DNA from: a bacterium
Lineage (GTDB): Bacteria > Patescibacteriota > Minisyncoccia > Phycocordibacterales > UBA2100
Direction of reading: 5' to 3'
DNA: 64,000 nucleotides
Assembly (NCBI GenBank): GCA_030647655.1
Contig: JAUSJH010000003.1
Location: forward strand, 11,013 to 75,012
Part shown: positions 1-10,575 of the stretch, piece after piece
Position numbering within the stretch: position 1 is the first letter of the stretch
Layout of the letters: every line of letters starts with the position of its first letter
Translations under genes and position numbers: made by a program
Notes under the pieces: model-generated
Databases searched by the model: none
What the model saw: the letters and a program-made list of their open reading frames with translations, nothing else
Told to the model about the DNA's origin: nothing

Positions 1-2
1 TC

Positions 3-1307
3 TACACTGGTGTGTGCGTCAATCTTATGAATGACCTTTCGTGGGGCATGCGAGGTGCCGAAGTGCGTCAGCTCCAGACCTTCCTCGTCGGTCAGAATTA
101 TGCAGGCGGTGGAAATTGGATGATAACCGGCTATTTCGGTTCAGCGACGACGCAAGCGGTGCGTAATTTCCAGCAATCGCAAGGTCTCGCAACGACGGGA
201 GCAGTGGATTCAGCGACTCGTGCCGCTATCTCGCGCGTAAGCTGCGGCGGTGGATACAACAATATCTATCCATACAACTACACGACTCCGTATGTTAATC
301 CATTCACCACCCCCTACACTCCTCCGACGCCTACTACAAATGTGTGCACATACCCGTACAATCAAAGCTATGCTTACGGTTACAATTACTGCCCGCCTGC
401 GCCCGTCACTCCTTCGCTCACGTATCTAAACCCGAACTCTGGCGCAGTCGGCGCGACTGTCACGGTTTACGGAAGCGGATTTAGTACGACTGGCAACACC
501 GTGCGTTTCGGCAACGGCATAATCACCAATATCGGTTCTGGCGACGGTCACACGATGACGTTCACAGTTCCATCACAGCTTGTCGGATATGGAACGCAGG
601 TAATGACACTCGGAACCTACAATGTCTCGGTTTCCAACTCACAAGGCTACACGAGCAATTCTCTGCCGTTTACAGTAACCTCGCTCGGCTCGTACGGCGC
701 GCCCACAATCACGAGCTTGAACGGCCCGACGACGCTTGCGACCGGAGTACAGGGAACGTGGACCATTACGGTCAACAACCCGAGCAACCTCTACCTCACG
801 ACCTCTGTAAATTGGGGCGACGCAGGGCAGAATTACGCAAACTCCGCTCTGTCGCAGGTGACGTATGTGCAAGGAACGAACACGCTGACGTTTACTCACA
901 CGTACTACACGGTGGGGACATATACTGTCACCTTTACGGTCTCCAACGGCTCGGGCCAGCAAAACACCACTTCGGCAACTGTCGTCGTAACCGGTGGGAT
1001 AGTTGGAAGCATAACTCTCTCTTCGATCTCACCGACGTCGGGCCATGTGGGTACGCAAATCGTCTTACAGGGAAGTGGATTCTCGTCTTATGACAACGTG
1101 GTGCACTTCGGTATTGGAGGTATGCGCAATGTACAGTCGTATAGCGGGAACATAATCGTCTACACCATTCCGTACGCGGTCTCTCCATGCGACCTCGTCG
1201 GCCCCGGTTGTGCCGCACCCTCGATGCTCGTCACTCCCGGCTCGTATCCTATCTACGTGACCAACAGTCAAGGCACTACAAACACGCTCACATTCCAGGT
1301 TCTGTAA
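3..1307 (+). CDS. Cell-surface protein with N-terminal peptidoglycan-binding-like domain and two IPT/TIG-like Ig-fold repeats; reading frame is open to the window edge, so probably 5'-partial.
   Basis: Translation has a PG_binding_1-like segment (GAEVRQLQTFLV...GYFGSATTQAVRNFQ...GAVDSATRAAI). Two IPT/TIG-like segments (LNPNSGAVGATVTVYGSGFS...; ISPTSGHVGTQIVLQGSGFS...). No in-frame stop before position 12. Confidence 0.55.
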   Translation, partial: YTGVCVNLMNDLSWGMRGAEVRQLQTFLVGQNYAGGGNWMITGYFGSATTQAVRNFQQSQGLATTGAVDSATRAAISRVSCGGGYNNIYPYNYTTPYVNPFTTPYTPPTPTTNVCTYPYNQSYAYGYNYCPPAPVTPSLTYLNPNSGAVGATVTVYGSGFSTTGNTVRFGNGIITNIGSGDGHTMTFTVPSQLVGYGTQVMTLGTYNVSVSNSQGYTSNSLPFTVTSLGSYGAPTITSLNGPTTLATGVQGTWTITVNNPSNLYLTTSVNWGDAGQNYANSALSQVTYVQGTNTLTFTHTYYTVGTYTVTFTVSNGSGQQNTTSATVVVTGGIVGSITLSSISPTSGHVGTQIVLQGSGFSSYDNVVHFGIGGMRNVQSYSGNIIVYTIPYAVSPCDLVGPGCAAPSMLVTPGSYPIYVTNSQGTTNTLTFQVL

Positions 1308-1333
1308 GAGCACAGTGAAAAAGGGGCCTCCGT

Positions 1334-1957
1334 GTGGCACATAATGTCAGCTTTATGCATCATGTGCGAACACATCGGTACTTCCTTCTCATCTCCGGTC
1401 TCCTTATAGCAGCACTTCTTTTCTTAGTGCCTATCGCAATGAGGGCTGCCGTCTCGCATTACATCTATACTTCGGTAGATGATGTGCCCAGGAGTGACAT
1501 AGCGCTCGTTTTGGGCGCATCGGTCGTGCGAGGTGCGCCGTCGCCTATCCTTGCAGAGCGCGCCGACTCGGCAATCGCCCTCTACCGTGCTGGGAAGGTG
1601 CGGAAGATATTGGTCACGGGAGACAGTAGCGCCGCATCATATGATGAAGTGACGCCGGTCCGGAAGTATTTGCTCAATGCAGAAATACCGTCTTCGGATA
1701 TCTTGCTCGATCAAGCGGGCGTCGATACTTACAGCAGTCTCTATCGCGCGCGTGAGGTATTTCTCGCGCGTTCGCTTACTGTTGTAACGCAGGATTTCCA
1801 CCTGCCTCGCGCGCTATGGATAGCAAGACATCTGGGCCTTACGGCGTATGGACTCACCGCCGAAGGCGGGGAGAGTTCAGTGCACGACTCTCTTCGCGAG
1901 ATACCGGCCTCTCTAAAAGCTCTCTGGAACATCCTCACGTATCGAGAGCCACGATAG
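1334..1957 (+). CDS. DUF218 / SanA-YdcF-ElyC family envelope protein with N-terminal TM helix.
   Basis: N-terminal hydrophobic helix, then conserved DUF218-like core (DIALVLGASV...ILVTGDSSAASYDEV...LLDQAGVDTYSSLYRAREVF...VVTQDFHLPRA). GTG start in the track; an ATG start is possible slightly downstream. Confidence 0.55.
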   Translation: MAHNVSFMHHVRTHRYFLLISGLLIAALLFLVPIAMRAAVSHYIYTSVDDVPRSDIALVLGASVVRGAPSPILAERADSAIALYRAGKVRKILVTGDSSAASYDEVTPVRKYLLNAEIPSSDILLDQAGVDTYSSLYRAREVFLARSLTVVTQDFHLPRALWIARHLGLTAYGLTAEGGESSVHDSLREIPASLKALWNILTYREPR

Positions 1958-1999
1958 CTCGGCTCTGTCACCGCGCCCACAGTATTTGAGTGGTAAAAT

Positions 2000-2371
2000 G
2001 TGAGCATGCGGACCTCGCTTCTCTTGCTCGTGCCATGCGTTCTTCTAGGCGGGCTTATTGTTGGGGTGTACAAACTCGATAGATTCTCTCCGGTCGATCC
2101 GCCCTGTGCGATAGGCGGGTGCCCGCTCTCTTTGTATGGGGTTGATTCGGAGAAGACCTTTGTCTACCGCGTCGGGACGCGATTCGATGTTTCCCTCAAC
2201 GAAGCCAAAAGTCCCCGATCAAGTTTGCGGTGCATTCCCGACGGTGTAATCAGCAATGTTCAAAACACATCGAACGCGCAGCTCCTCTACACTTCCACAT
2301 TCGAGGCGCTCGCAGAGGGCACATGCACTCTCACCGCTGACAATTTTTCCTCCACGATAATAGTTCAGTAA
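2000..2371 (+). CDS. Hypothetical secreted or membrane-anchored small protein.
   Basis: ORF with N-terminal hydrophobic signal-like segment (LLLLVPCVLLGGLIVGV). No recognisable catalytic motif. Confidence 0.35.
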   Translation: MSMRTSLLLLVPCVLLGGLIVGVYKLDRFSPVDPPCAIGGCPLSLYGVDSEKTFVYRVGTRFDVSLNEAKSPRSSLRCIPDGVISNVQNTSNAQLLYTSTFEALAEGTCTLTADNFSSTIIVQ

Positions 2372-2407
2372 ATGTGCAAGAATTGCTATACTGTGACGTC
2401 TTAGTCT

Positions 2408-3601
2408 ATGATGAAATATATTTACGGCTTTTTGTGCGCGTTGCTTTTCGTACTACCGGTCCCTGCGTCTGCCGCGGCGACGAAATTCGAGGTGACCGGC
2501 TGGATTCCGTACTGGCGCGCGGCGACAGGCACTGCCGACACTATGCCCAACCTGAGCAAACTCACGGAAGTAAACCCATTCGTCTACACCATTAAATCCG
2601 ACGGCACGCTCCTCGATAATGGCAAGCTCGACGAGGAGCCATGGGTAAGTTTCATCGCCGAAGCCAAGCGGCAAAAAGTGCGCGTCATCCCTACCATTAT
2701 GACCGGCAACAGTGAACTCTTGCACAAACTCTTAAGCAAACAAAAATCGCGTATCGCGCTTGAGGATCGCATCACTGCACTGGTAAAAGAAAAGGGATTC
2801 GACGGCATCGATATAGATTTTGAAGGTAAGAAAGCCGAAGACCGTATCTTCTTCTCGACCTTTCTCAAAGGGCTCTATCAGCGTATGGGAAAGAAATGGG
2901 TCATGTGTACGATCGAGACGCGAATACCGAATGCCGACCGCTATTACGGGACAACCGTACCGCCGGATGCGGGTAAATTCGCCAATGACCTGAAGGAAAT
3001 CAACAAATACTGCGACCGTGTGCGAATCATGGCCTACGACCAGCAGAATATAGATCTCAAGCTTGCGTCCAAGTACGCCTCTTCCTCACAACTCTATGCA
3101 CCGGTGGGTGACCCTGCGTGGATAGAAAAGGTAGTGAATCTTATGGCGAAGGACATCAAAAAGAGCAAAATACTGATCGGCGTGCCGACCTACGGCTACG
3201 AACACGACGTTACTGCGTATGCCAATAATGAATACATATACGATATCCTCTGGACCTTCAATCCTGGTTACGCTATCCCGCTTGCAGCGCAGTACGGCGT
3301 TACACCGGAGCGCACGCCGTGGGGTGAGATGGCATTCACATACGTCCCAACCGCCGCTTCCACAACGCCGCCCATCTCGGTCACGACTCCCGCGCTTGCA
3401 GCCTCAGGAGCGGCGTCCTTGATAGCGACAGCTGTAAATACAAACCGGACGTTCCGTTACGTCGTGTGGCCGGACGCGCAATCTATCCAACAGAGAATAG
3501 AGCTCGCGAAGAAACTCGGCGTGCGGGGCATCTCCATATTCAAGCTCGATGGCGGCCAAGATCCGAACATATGGGCCGTGCTCCAAGGCGTGAAAAAGTA
3601 A
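2408..3601 (+). CDS. Glycoside hydrolase family 18 (chitinase-like / peptidoglycan hydrolase-like) secreted protein.
   Basis: Signal peptide (MMKYIYGFLCALLFVLPVPASA). GH18 catalytic signature DGIDIDFEG (DxxDxDxE). Confidence 0.7.
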   Translation: MMKYIYGFLCALLFVLPVPASAAATKFEVTGWIPYWRAATGTADTMPNLSKLTEVNPFVYTIKSDGTLLDNGKLDEEPWVSFIAEAKRQKVRVIPTIMTGNSELLHKLLSKQKSRIALEDRITALVKEKGFDGIDIDFEGKKAEDRIFFSTFLKGLYQRMGKKWVMCTIETRIPNADRYYGTTVPPDAGKFANDLKEINKYCDRVRIMAYDQQNIDLKLASKYASSSQLYAPVGDPAWIEKVVNLMAKDIKKSKILIGVPTYGYEHDVTAYANNEYIYDILWTFNPGYAIPLAAQYGVTPERTPWGEMAFTYVPTAASTTPPISVTTPALAASGAASLIATAVNTNRTFRYVVWPDAQSIQQRIELAKKLGVRGISIFKLDGGQDPNIWAVLQGVKK

Positions 3602-3632
3602 TGCACAGGAGACTTTTTGGAAGTCGTGTATA

Positions 3633-4370
3633 ATGGCCAGCGTTATGCCAGAACAATCTGCAACAAAAGATTACAGCGCTCTCTACACACCGCTCGCGAT
3701 ACTTCTCGCGGGCGCGCTTGTGGCAGGGGGGTTATATTTCGGTCTCGCAGGAAAAGCGGGAAATACGGGCACCGACCCTGCGCCAGTTGCGGTGGATATC
3801 AAAGACGTCCAACAGGATGGCGAGCCGTACATCGGTGATAAAAATGCGAAGGTCGTTTTGGCCTACTGGTTCGATTACCAGTGCCCGTTCTGCAAGGCTG
3901 TTGACGTGGGGGGTGTCGCAGGGATTCCGATTGAACCATCCATGCCAACTCTGATAAAGGATTATGTGAATACAGGCAAGTTGAAGATAGTATTCAAGGA
4001 CTACGCGTTTTTGAGCGACGACTCCTTTACAGCGGCGAACTACGAAAACGCGGTGTGGAAACTCTATCCGGACAAGTTCTATGAATGGCACGAGGCGATG
4101 TTTAAGGCGCAGGATGAAGAACACGCTGGTTTTGGCAACGAAGCCAGTATCGTTGCGCTCATGAAGAAAATTCCGGGCATCGATGCCGACAAAGTGAAGG
4201 CGGATGTTGCGGCGAACAGCGCGGCGTACCGCGAGGAAGCGGCTGCCGACCAACAGGAGGGCACATCTTTCGGCATCAGCGGAACGCCGGGCTTCATCAC
4301 CGGCAAGACTCTTATACCCGGGGCGGCCGAACTCGACAAATTCAAAGCGGCCATCGACCCGCAGCTGTAG
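3633..4370 (+). CDS. DsbA-like thiol:disulfide oxidoreductase, membrane anchored.
   Basis: N-terminal TM segment. Thioredoxin-fold CPFC active site ([12 protein letters not shown]) within a DsbA-like length. Confidence 0.7.
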   Translation: MASVMPEQSATKDYSALYTPLAILLAGALVAGGLYFGLAGKAGNTGTDPAPVAVDIKDVQQDGEPYIGDKNAKVVLAYWFDYQCPFCKAVDVGGVAGIPIEPSMPTLIKDYVNTGKLKIVFKDYAFLSDDSFTAANYENAVWKLYPDKFYEWHEAMFKAQDEEHAGFGNEASIVALMKKIPGIDADKVKADVAANSAAYREEAAADQQEGTSFGISGTPGFITGKTLIPGAAELDKFKAAIDPQL

Positions 4371-4450
4371 GCATTTCTTGACTCAAGGGATGAAATAGGG
4401 CACAATTGAGCCACGGTGCCTCGGCAACGAGGCATTTTGCTTTCACAAGT

Positions 4451-6247
4451 ATGGAAATCCGCAATATAGCTATCATCGCCCACGTCGACCACGGCAAGAC
4501 GACCTTGACCGATGCACTCTTGCGACAGACCGGCGTCGGCGAAGAGGGCGTTTCGATGGATAGTAACGCACTCGAACTCGAGCGCGGCATCACCATCTAT
4601 TCCAAGAATGCGGCGGTTTTTTATAAGGACACAAAAATAAATATTGTTGATACCCCCGGCCACGCCGACTTCGGCAGCGAAGTGGAGCGCGTCTTACGCT
4701 CCATCGATTCGGTTTTGCTTGTGGTGGACGCGCAGGAAGGCCCGATGCCCCAGACGCGTTTCGTCCTCAAGAAATCTCTCGAGCTCGGTATCAAGCCGAT
4801 AGTCGTCATCAATAAGATCGACAAGCCGGCGGCCAATCCTGCACGCACCGAAGAGCAGGTACTCGAACTTTTTCTCGAACTCGGCGCGTCTGATGAGCAG
4901 GCCAATTTTCCGGTAGTCTATTCAATCGGCCGCCAGGGCATCGCCAAGCGGAAGCTCTCCGATGAGTCCACAGACCTCACGCCGCTTCTCGACACAATTC
5001 TCGCACATGTGCCTCCGGCTTCGAGCCCGGAATCTCTTGGAAAGTCCGCGCGCCTGCAGCCTTTCAATCTCGGCTATGACAATTTCTTGGGCCGTTTGGC
5101 GATCGTGCGTGCCTATGAGGGAGTGCTTAAAACGGGGGATGCGGTGTTCGTAAAAAAAATAGGCGGGGAAACGCACACAGGCAAAATAACCAAGATGTTC
5201 ACATTCCGCGGATTACACAAAGTGGAATCAAGCGAAGTCGTGGCCGGTGATATCGCCATGATCGCGGGAATTCCAGAAATCTACATCGGGGAAACAATTA
5301 CAGTTGATGCGAATGCGGAGCCACTTCCGGCTATCGCTATTGATGAGCCGACCATCACACTCAATTTCCTCGTCAACAACTCGCCCTTTGCCGGACGCGA
5401 AGGCAAATTCGTCACATCCCGACAGATCAAAGAAAGGTTGGAGCGCGAGCTCGAGGTCAACGTCGGTCTCAAGGTGGATTTTGATTCTGGCGATGTTTCC
5501 CACGTATCCGGCCGTGGCGAATTGCACATCGCGATTCTTCTGGAGAATATGCGCCGCGAAGGATACGAAATGCAGGTCTCCCAACCGCAGGTCATTTTCC
5601 GAAGGGAAAATGACGGCGAGGTAGTGACCGAGCCGTATGAGGAGGTAATAGTCGACACGCCGCAGGAATATCAGGGTTCGGTCATCGAGCGTTTGGGCAC
5701 CCGCAAATTCATCATGAAAGATCTCAAAGTGCACGAGAATCAAGTGCGCCTCACATTCGAAGGCCCGACACGCGGGCTTTTGGGATACCGCTCTCAATTC
5801 GTACTCGATACTAAGGGCGAGGGAATCCTGTCGTCGCGCGTGGTGGGATTCCGGCCGCACGCTGGCGAGATAAAAAAGAAGCAAGTCGGCTCCATGATTT
5901 CCATGGCGAGCGGAAAAGCGCTCGGATTTTCCCTGTGGAATCTTCAGGACCGCGGTGTCTTGTACATCAACCCAGCTACCGAAGTGTATGAAGGTCAGGT
6001 TATCGGCAATACGTCCAAAGGTGAAGAGATGGCGGTGAATCCGACCAAAGGGAAACAGCTCACCAACATGCGCTCAAAGGGAACCGATGAAGCGCTCAAT
6101 CTTATTCCGCCGTTTGAGCTCACGATAGAGCGCGGTCTTGAAGTGATGGCCGAAGACGAATATCTCGAGATTACGCCGAAGAACGTGCGCCTGCGCAAAC
6201 AGCAGCTCACCGAAATAGATCGTTCGCGCTCACGACGCCAAGGATAA
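4451..6247 (+). CDS. typA: Ribosome-associated translational GTPase TypA/BipA.
   Basis: [31 protein letters not shown] and NKIDK GTPase motifs. Overall EF-G-like architecture of about 600 aa. The track ORF starts at an upstream TTG (4406); the ATG at 4451 fits the conserved N-terminus. Confidence 0.9.
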   Translation: MEIRNIAIIAHVDHGKTTLTDALLRQTGVGEEGVSMDSNALELERGITIYSKNAAVFYKDTKINIVDTPGHADFGSEVERVLRSIDSVLLVVDAQEGPMPQTRFVLKKSLELGIKPIVVINKIDKPAANPARTEEQVLELFLELGASDEQANFPVVYSIGRQGIAKRKLSDESTDLTPLLDTILAHVPPASSPESLGKSARLQPFNLGYDNFLGRLAIVRAYEGVLKTGDAVFVKKIGGETHTGKITKMFTFRGLHKVESSEVVAGDIAMIAGIPEIYIGETITVDANAEPLPAIAIDEPTITLNFLVNNSPFAGREGKFVTSRQIKERLERELEVNVGLKVDFDSGDVSHVSGRGELHIAILLENMRREGYEMQVSQPQVIFRRENDGEVVTEPYEEVIVDTPQEYQGSVIERLGTRKFIMKDLKVHENQVRLTFEGPTRGLLGYRSQFVLDTKGEGILSSRVVGFRPHAGEIKKKQVGSMISMASGKALGFSLWNLQDRGVLYINPATEVYEGQVIGNTSKGEEMAVNPTKGKQLTNMRSKGTDEALNLIPPFELTIERGLEVMAEDEYLEITPKNVRLRKQQLTEIDRSRSRRQG

Positions 6248-6266
6248 TTTTGATATACTTCGGTCA

Positions 6267-6710
6267 ATGATAAAGCGCCCGATGCTCCCGAGCGATGAGC
6301 GAGGCAGTACTAAGGCCAGCAGGCCGCACGTGCCGGAGAGCGAAGAGGGGTACAAGGAGATGCTCACGCCGGAAGAGTATGCGGTCCTGCGCGAGAAGGG
6401 GACCGAAGCGCCTTTTACAGGTGAGTATGTGCATGAAAAAGCAGACGGCACGTACGAGTGCAAAGCCTGTGGCAATCCGCTTTTCTCATCGGACGTAAAA
6501 TTCGATTCAGGTACCGGCTGGCCTTCATTCGACATCGCCCTTCCGGGCGCCGTAGAGAGCCACCGCGATGGGAGTTTGGGTACAGAAAGAATAGAGATTA
6601 CGTGTGCACGCTGCGGCTCGCACCTAGGCCACGTCTTCGACGATGGACCCACATCGACAGGAAAAAGATATTGTGTAAACTCAGTATGTTTGGATTTAGA
6701 AGAGAGATAA
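6267..6710 (+). CDS. msrB: Peptide-methionine (R)-S-oxide reductase MsrB.
   Basis: Two CxxC zinc motifs (CKACGNPLF...CARCGSHLGHVFDDGP) and the GWPSF motif. The start could be an internal Met near 6360. Confidence 0.85.
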   Translation: MIKRPMLPSDERGSTKASRPHVPESEEGYKEMLTPEEYAVLREKGTEAPFTGEYVHEKADGTYECKACGNPLFSSDVKFDSGTGWPSFDIALPGAVESHRDGSLGTERIEITCARCGSHLGHVFDDGPTSTGKRYCVNSVCLDLEER

Positions 6711-6720
6711 TAAAAATTGT

Positions 6721-7200
6721 ATGAGTAACAAAGCGTTGATTGGTTTCATCGTTGTTCTCGTCGTTGCAGTCGGAGCGTACTATTTCGCTACGACGCGCCT
6801 TAAAATTGAAGCCCCCGTGAGTCAGGGCATGCCTGTGCTTGGTGGGGAGAACTCTGGTAACGAAATGGTAGTCGAGAATGATCCTCTCGTGAATGGCACG
6901 TGGAAGTCGACGGAGGACTCCAAGTTTACGCGGGAGTTCCGCGCAGACGGCACGGTCGTCGACACATACGAAGGCGATGCCTCGGCGACCTCGATGGGCA
7001 CATACATGGTCGTTGATCCTGCTAGAGAGACGGGTATTCCCGTTCCCGCGGCCAATCTCGCAGGAATGACCATCATCAAGACCACGTGGGCGAACGGTGA
7101 CGTCATGTACTTCGGGGTCAACAGTCTAACGGAGAGCGATCTCAAGCTCGTCAATCTCTCCGGTCGCGGCAATATCCTCATGTTTACGAAAGTCCAATAA
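6721..7200 (+). CDS. Hypothetical membrane-anchored protein.
   Basis: ATG start, N-terminal TM helix (LIGFIVVLVVAVGAYYF). A rho-independent terminator follows immediately. Confidence 0.4.
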   Translation: MSNKALIGFIVVLVVAVGAYYFATTRLKIEAPVSQGMPVLGGENSGNEMVVENDPLVNGTWKSTEDSKFTREFRADGTVVDTYEGDASATSMGTYMVVDPARETGIPVPAANLAGMTIIKTTWANGDVMYFGVNSLTESDLKLVNLSGRGNILMFTKVQ

Positions 7201-7225
7201 ATGGGGGCGAAAGACGAAAAGAAAG

Positions 7226-7252
7226 CGCGGGGCTTCGCCCCGCGCTTTTTAT
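7226..7252 (+). terminator. Rho-independent terminator (GCGCGGGGC-TTC-GCCCCGCGC followed by TTTTT).
   Basis: Perfect 9-bp GC stem with a 3-nt loop and a T-tract directly after the 6721-7200 gene. Confidence 0.65.
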
Positions 7253-7268
7253 GTCGTATACTCTCCAT

Positions 7269-7538
7269 ATGGACCTCACCAAAATACCGAAGCAATTCTG
7301 CGAGAACATCGCGTGCGCATTCTCGCAGGAGTTTTTCGTGATGAGTATGCTCACCGGCGAGCAGGGCATTACCTATGCGCTCACGCCCCAGCACATGAAG
7401 CGCCTCGCGCAGTACCTCGCGCACCAGATAGCGGATTATGAAAAGCAATTTGACGCAATCAATGCCGAGTGGGTGCCGGGCATCCAATCGCCAATACAGA
7501 CCAAAGACATAATCGAGGGTAAGGGTCCGAAGGCTTAG
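7269..7538 (+). CDS. Small hypothetical protein (DUF3467-like).
   Basis: About 90-aa ORF. The track start (7251) overlaps the terminator hairpin, so the downstream start MDLTKIP at 7269 is preferred. Family call from memory only. Confidence 0.35.
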   Translation: MDLTKIPKQFCENIACAFSQEFFVMSMLTGEQGITYALTPQHMKRLAQYLAHQIADYEKQFDAINAEWVPGIQSPIQTKDIIEGKGPKA

Positions 7539-7598
7539 ACTGTCCCCAACGGCGTGGATAGGCGAGAGATAGTTGGTTTGGTGTGGTAGGATTTTGGT

Positions 7599-8696
7599 AT
7601 GGACGAGTCGTCAACTCTACCGCGAGTCTCACACCCGCGCCGCATCTCGTGGCTCACGATAATTCTCGCGCTTCTTGCTGTCGGCACCTTCATTGCGATC
7701 TCCCGACCCGACGTGTCGTATTACGGATACCCCGGAATAGGCGGTCTCATGGAATCCACTTTCAAGTCTTCTTCAGTCGATCCGGTAATCCCCCAAGGCG
7801 TGATGATAAACGAAAGTAGTTCGTATGCTGTGCCCACGTCGGCACAAGGGGTGAGTGATGCGATAGGTATGAGTGTTGGCAGGGGCGGAGGCATGCCAGT
7901 CGATTACTATCCGTACCCGACTCCTAATGTACCTGCGAGCGACACGCGGGAATTGCTAAAAGTGAATTACAACGCGACGATGCAGACTCGAGATGCGCAG
8001 GGTCTCACACGCCGAGTGGAGACGACAGTGCGCGGACATGGCGGTCGCATCGACCAAGAGTCGAGTTCAGAGAAATACGGCTACGTGAGCTTCGTTGTGC
8101 CCATGAGCAAGTACGAGACGTTCCGCACTGAGCTCGAAAGCTTGGTCCCCAGCAGATTCCTATCGGTAGATATCCAATCCCAAAACATGTTGCCGCAAAA
8201 GCAGAGCATTGAAGAGCAACAGAAACAGGCCGATACCTCGCTCACGGACGCAAAAGCGGCTCGGCAAAGAATTGTGAACACCCACGCGAGTACCGTGAAA
8301 TCTATACAGACGCAGATAGACGCCAATGTACGAGAGCTCGCAAGCCTGCGAGCGCAGACCCTCACGTATGAAATACAGCTCCAAATACAAACAGTGTCGA
8401 ACGAGCTGCTATGGCAGAGGCAACAACTTGCCGATGAGAACGCGTCGTATTCAGGTGAGTTGAGCAATGCAGATGCCAATATCAAATACGCGCAAGACTG
8501 GCAGAAGGCAGTAAAAACCCAAGATCAGGCCCTCATGGACGATGTCGCGACCGTGAGCGGCACGGTGTCGCTTCAATGGATAAGTCTCTGGCAGATGGCA
8601 CAACTTTACCTCCCCGGCTACTGGATTCCAGCCATATTTGCGGCGCTCGCGCTCCTCTCGTACCTTTGGGATCGCCGCCGGTTTGGGACCGTATAA
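7599..8696 (+). CDS. Membrane protein with N- and C-terminal TM helices and a central coiled coil (DUF4349-like architecture).
   Basis: TM at ISWLTIILALLAVGTFIAI and at LPGYWIPAIFAALALLSYLW. Q/E-rich heptad-like central region. Confidence 0.4.
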   Translation: MDESSTLPRVSHPRRISWLTIILALLAVGTFIAISRPDVSYYGYPGIGGLMESTFKSSSVDPVIPQGVMINESSSYAVPTSAQGVSDAIGMSVGRGGGMPVDYYPYPTPNVPASDTRELLKVNYNATMQTRDAQGLTRRVETTVRGHGGRIDQESSSEKYGYVSFVVPMSKYETFRTELESLVPSRFLSVDIQSQNMLPQKQSIEEQQKQADTSLTDAKAARQRIVNTHASTVKSIQTQIDANVRELASLRAQTLTYEIQLQIQTVSNELLWQRQQLADENASYSGELSNADANIKYAQDWQKAVKTQDQALMDDVATVSGTVSLQWISLWQMAQLYLPGYWIPAIFAALALLSYLWDRRRFGTV

Positions 8697-8742
8697 AGGG
8701 TCCATTTCCCTCAAAACAGGATTTATGGCAAGATAGGCGTAT

Positions 8743-9372
8743 ATGCTGAAATATTTTGTTTGGGCGGGAGTAATAGTTCTTTTAGTAGTGGCAGGGGTAT
8801 TCGTGTGGAAAACGCTCCCGAATGCCTCGAAGCCGGCAGGGCAGCAGTCAGCTCCACAACAGGCGGCGACGAGCACCTACGCCACGACCACATTTTCACT
8901 CGTTTACCCGCGTGATCTCACGGCCGATGAATCTCATGTATACGATAAGGTCAATCCGAAGAAGCCCATCTATGGTGTGAAGTTCGCCGTCGCAACGGCG
9001 ATGGCGACGGGAACCAATCTCTCAAGTGATACATATCTCTCCGTCGAGCAGCTTCCGCGGGCAAAGAAATGTACTGGAGATATCTACCTTGCCGCCAATG
9101 TGAAGCCGAGTGCGCTGACTGAAAACGGTGTCGGGTATTCGGTGGCTACATCAAGCGGGGCGGCGGCGGGGAATCTCTACGAGGAAATGGTGTACGCGCT
9201 TTCGGGAAGCTCGCCATGCACCGCCGTGCGCTACTACATCCACTCAAGCAATATCGGCAACTATGCTACGAGCACGGTGCGCGAATTCGACCGCGTGGCC
9301 CTCCTCGCTGGCTTCGACAAAATCCGTCAATCGCTTGTATTAAACCCGACCGTCTCGACCACGACTCCATAG
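8743..9372 (+). CDS. Hypothetical membrane-anchored protein.
   Basis: ATG start, N-terminal TM (YFVWAGVIVLLVVAGVFVW), no recognisable motif. Confidence 0.4.
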   Translation: MLKYFVWAGVIVLLVVAGVFVWKTLPNASKPAGQQSAPQQAATSTYATTTFSLVYPRDLTADESHVYDKVNPKKPIYGVKFAVATAMATGTNLSSDTYLSVEQLPRAKKCTGDIYLAANVKPSALTENGVGYSVATSSGAAAGNLYEEMVYALSGSSPCTAVRYYIHSSNIGNYATSTVREFDRVALLAGFDKIRQSLVLNPTVSTTTP

Positions 9373-9414
9373 CTCCCGTTTTCTCAAAGGGGAAATGTGT
9401 GAGATGATTTTTGC

Positions 9415-9771
9415 ATGACCGAACGTCAAAATCCGTTTACCGTTGTCGGGGGGAGAGAGCACGTTCCTAATGCTGCGCAGACACGGCCCGAAGCGGCCGC
9501 CGTGCTCGCTGGCTTGTCACCGAAGGAGGCTGAGAGCAAACTCATCTGGCTCAATAAAGAGATCAGAGCCAACCTCCCCGCGGATTACAAATCAAAAATA
9601 CGAAATGATCTCGTAGAGCAAGCTGCAGGGGGGATGCTGGCGTGGACCGTAGCACAGTTGTATACAACACTTTCCCAACCTGATCTCTGGACCCGGTCGT
9701 CGCGCACGGTTGCGGCGCTGGAGGAGGTGCGGCTTAGGATGCTTGCGGGCTCCATGGCCCCTAGAAAGTAG
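9415..9771 (+). CDS. Hypothetical protein.
   Basis: ATG ORF of 118 aa preceded by a conserved upstream motif (see findings). Confidence 0.4.
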   Translation: MTERQNPFTVVGGREHVPNAAQTRPEAAAVLAGLSPKEAESKLIWLNKEIRANLPADYKSKIRNDLVEQAAGGMLAWTVAQLYTTLSQPDLWTRSSRTVAALEEVRLRMLAGSMAPRK

Positions 9772-9844
9772 AGGTACATAAGGAACGTTTCCCTAAACCG
9801 AAGATTTGTGAGATGATTTCGCGGGCCAATAGTGGGAGGAGAGA

Positions 9845-10516
9845 ATGCGAACAATTACGGTGCTCTTGTGTGTAGGCGCGTTTGCGTGCATGAGTGTCCC
9901 CGCCGTGGCGGTGGAGCGCCTCATCGCGCTTACATTTGACGACGGGCCGTCGCCCGAAACGACACTGAAGTTGCTCGATATCCTGAAGCGGTACGGCGTG
10001 TGCGCAACCTTCTTCGTCATTGGCAACAACGCGAAGGAGTATCCCGGCATCGTGGAACGCGAGAAAGCGGAGTGTCATGTGGTGGCGAATCACTCGATGA
10101 CTCATCCGCATCTTCGCATTCCGTTCATGTCGGAGGTGGCCGTCGCCAGCCAGTTTGGACGTGCCAGCAACGCCATTGCCGCCGCGCTCAAACTCAAAGA
10201 TGTGGTACCTGCGTACGCGCGGGTTCCGGGGTGTGCGAAAAGTCGTTCGATAACAGCCGCACTTTCATGGTTTACGGTCGTGAAGTGCGGCGTCGATCCA
10301 CGCGACTGGGTGCTCTCTAGGCGTTCGGCTCGCCTCGTCGCGAACTACGTGCTCGCGAACGCGACGGCGGGTGAGCCGGTGCTCTTGCACGACATCCGCC
10401 CGACGACCGTCGCCGCCGTACCCGCGATCATCGAAGGATTGTGGGCGCGCGGGTTCCGGCTCGTCACCGTCGCGGAGTTGTACGGCAGGCCAGCCTACAT
10501 GCCAAAGTCGGACTGA
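9845..10516 (+). CDS. Polysaccharide deacetylase (CE4 / NodB homology domain), secreted.
   Basis: Signal peptide. NodB motifs LTFDDGP, HSMTHPHL and Arg/His-containing downstream motifs. Confidence 0.8.
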   Translation: MRTITVLLCVGAFACMSVPAVAVERLIALTFDDGPSPETTLKLLDILKRYGVCATFFVIGNNAKEYPGIVEREKAECHVVANHSMTHPHLRIPFMSEVAVASQFGRASNAIAAALKLKDVVPAYARVPGCAKSRSITAALSWFTVVKCGVDPRDWVLSRRSARLVANYVLANATAGEPVLLHDIRPTTVAAVPAIIEGLWARGFRLVTVAELYGRPAYMPKSD

Positions 10517-10540
10517 ATGCGAACAGCACACAGAAAAAGG

Positions 10541-10575
10541 GGGGGCGCGCGGCACACGGTCGCGCGCCCTCAATG
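10541..10575 (+). terminator. GC-rich hairpin (GGGGCGCGCG...CGCGCGCCC) after the deacetylase gene; probable terminator.
   Basis: 9-bp GC stem with a 9-nt loop, followed by a T-containing tail (caatgatttcc). Confidence 0.4.
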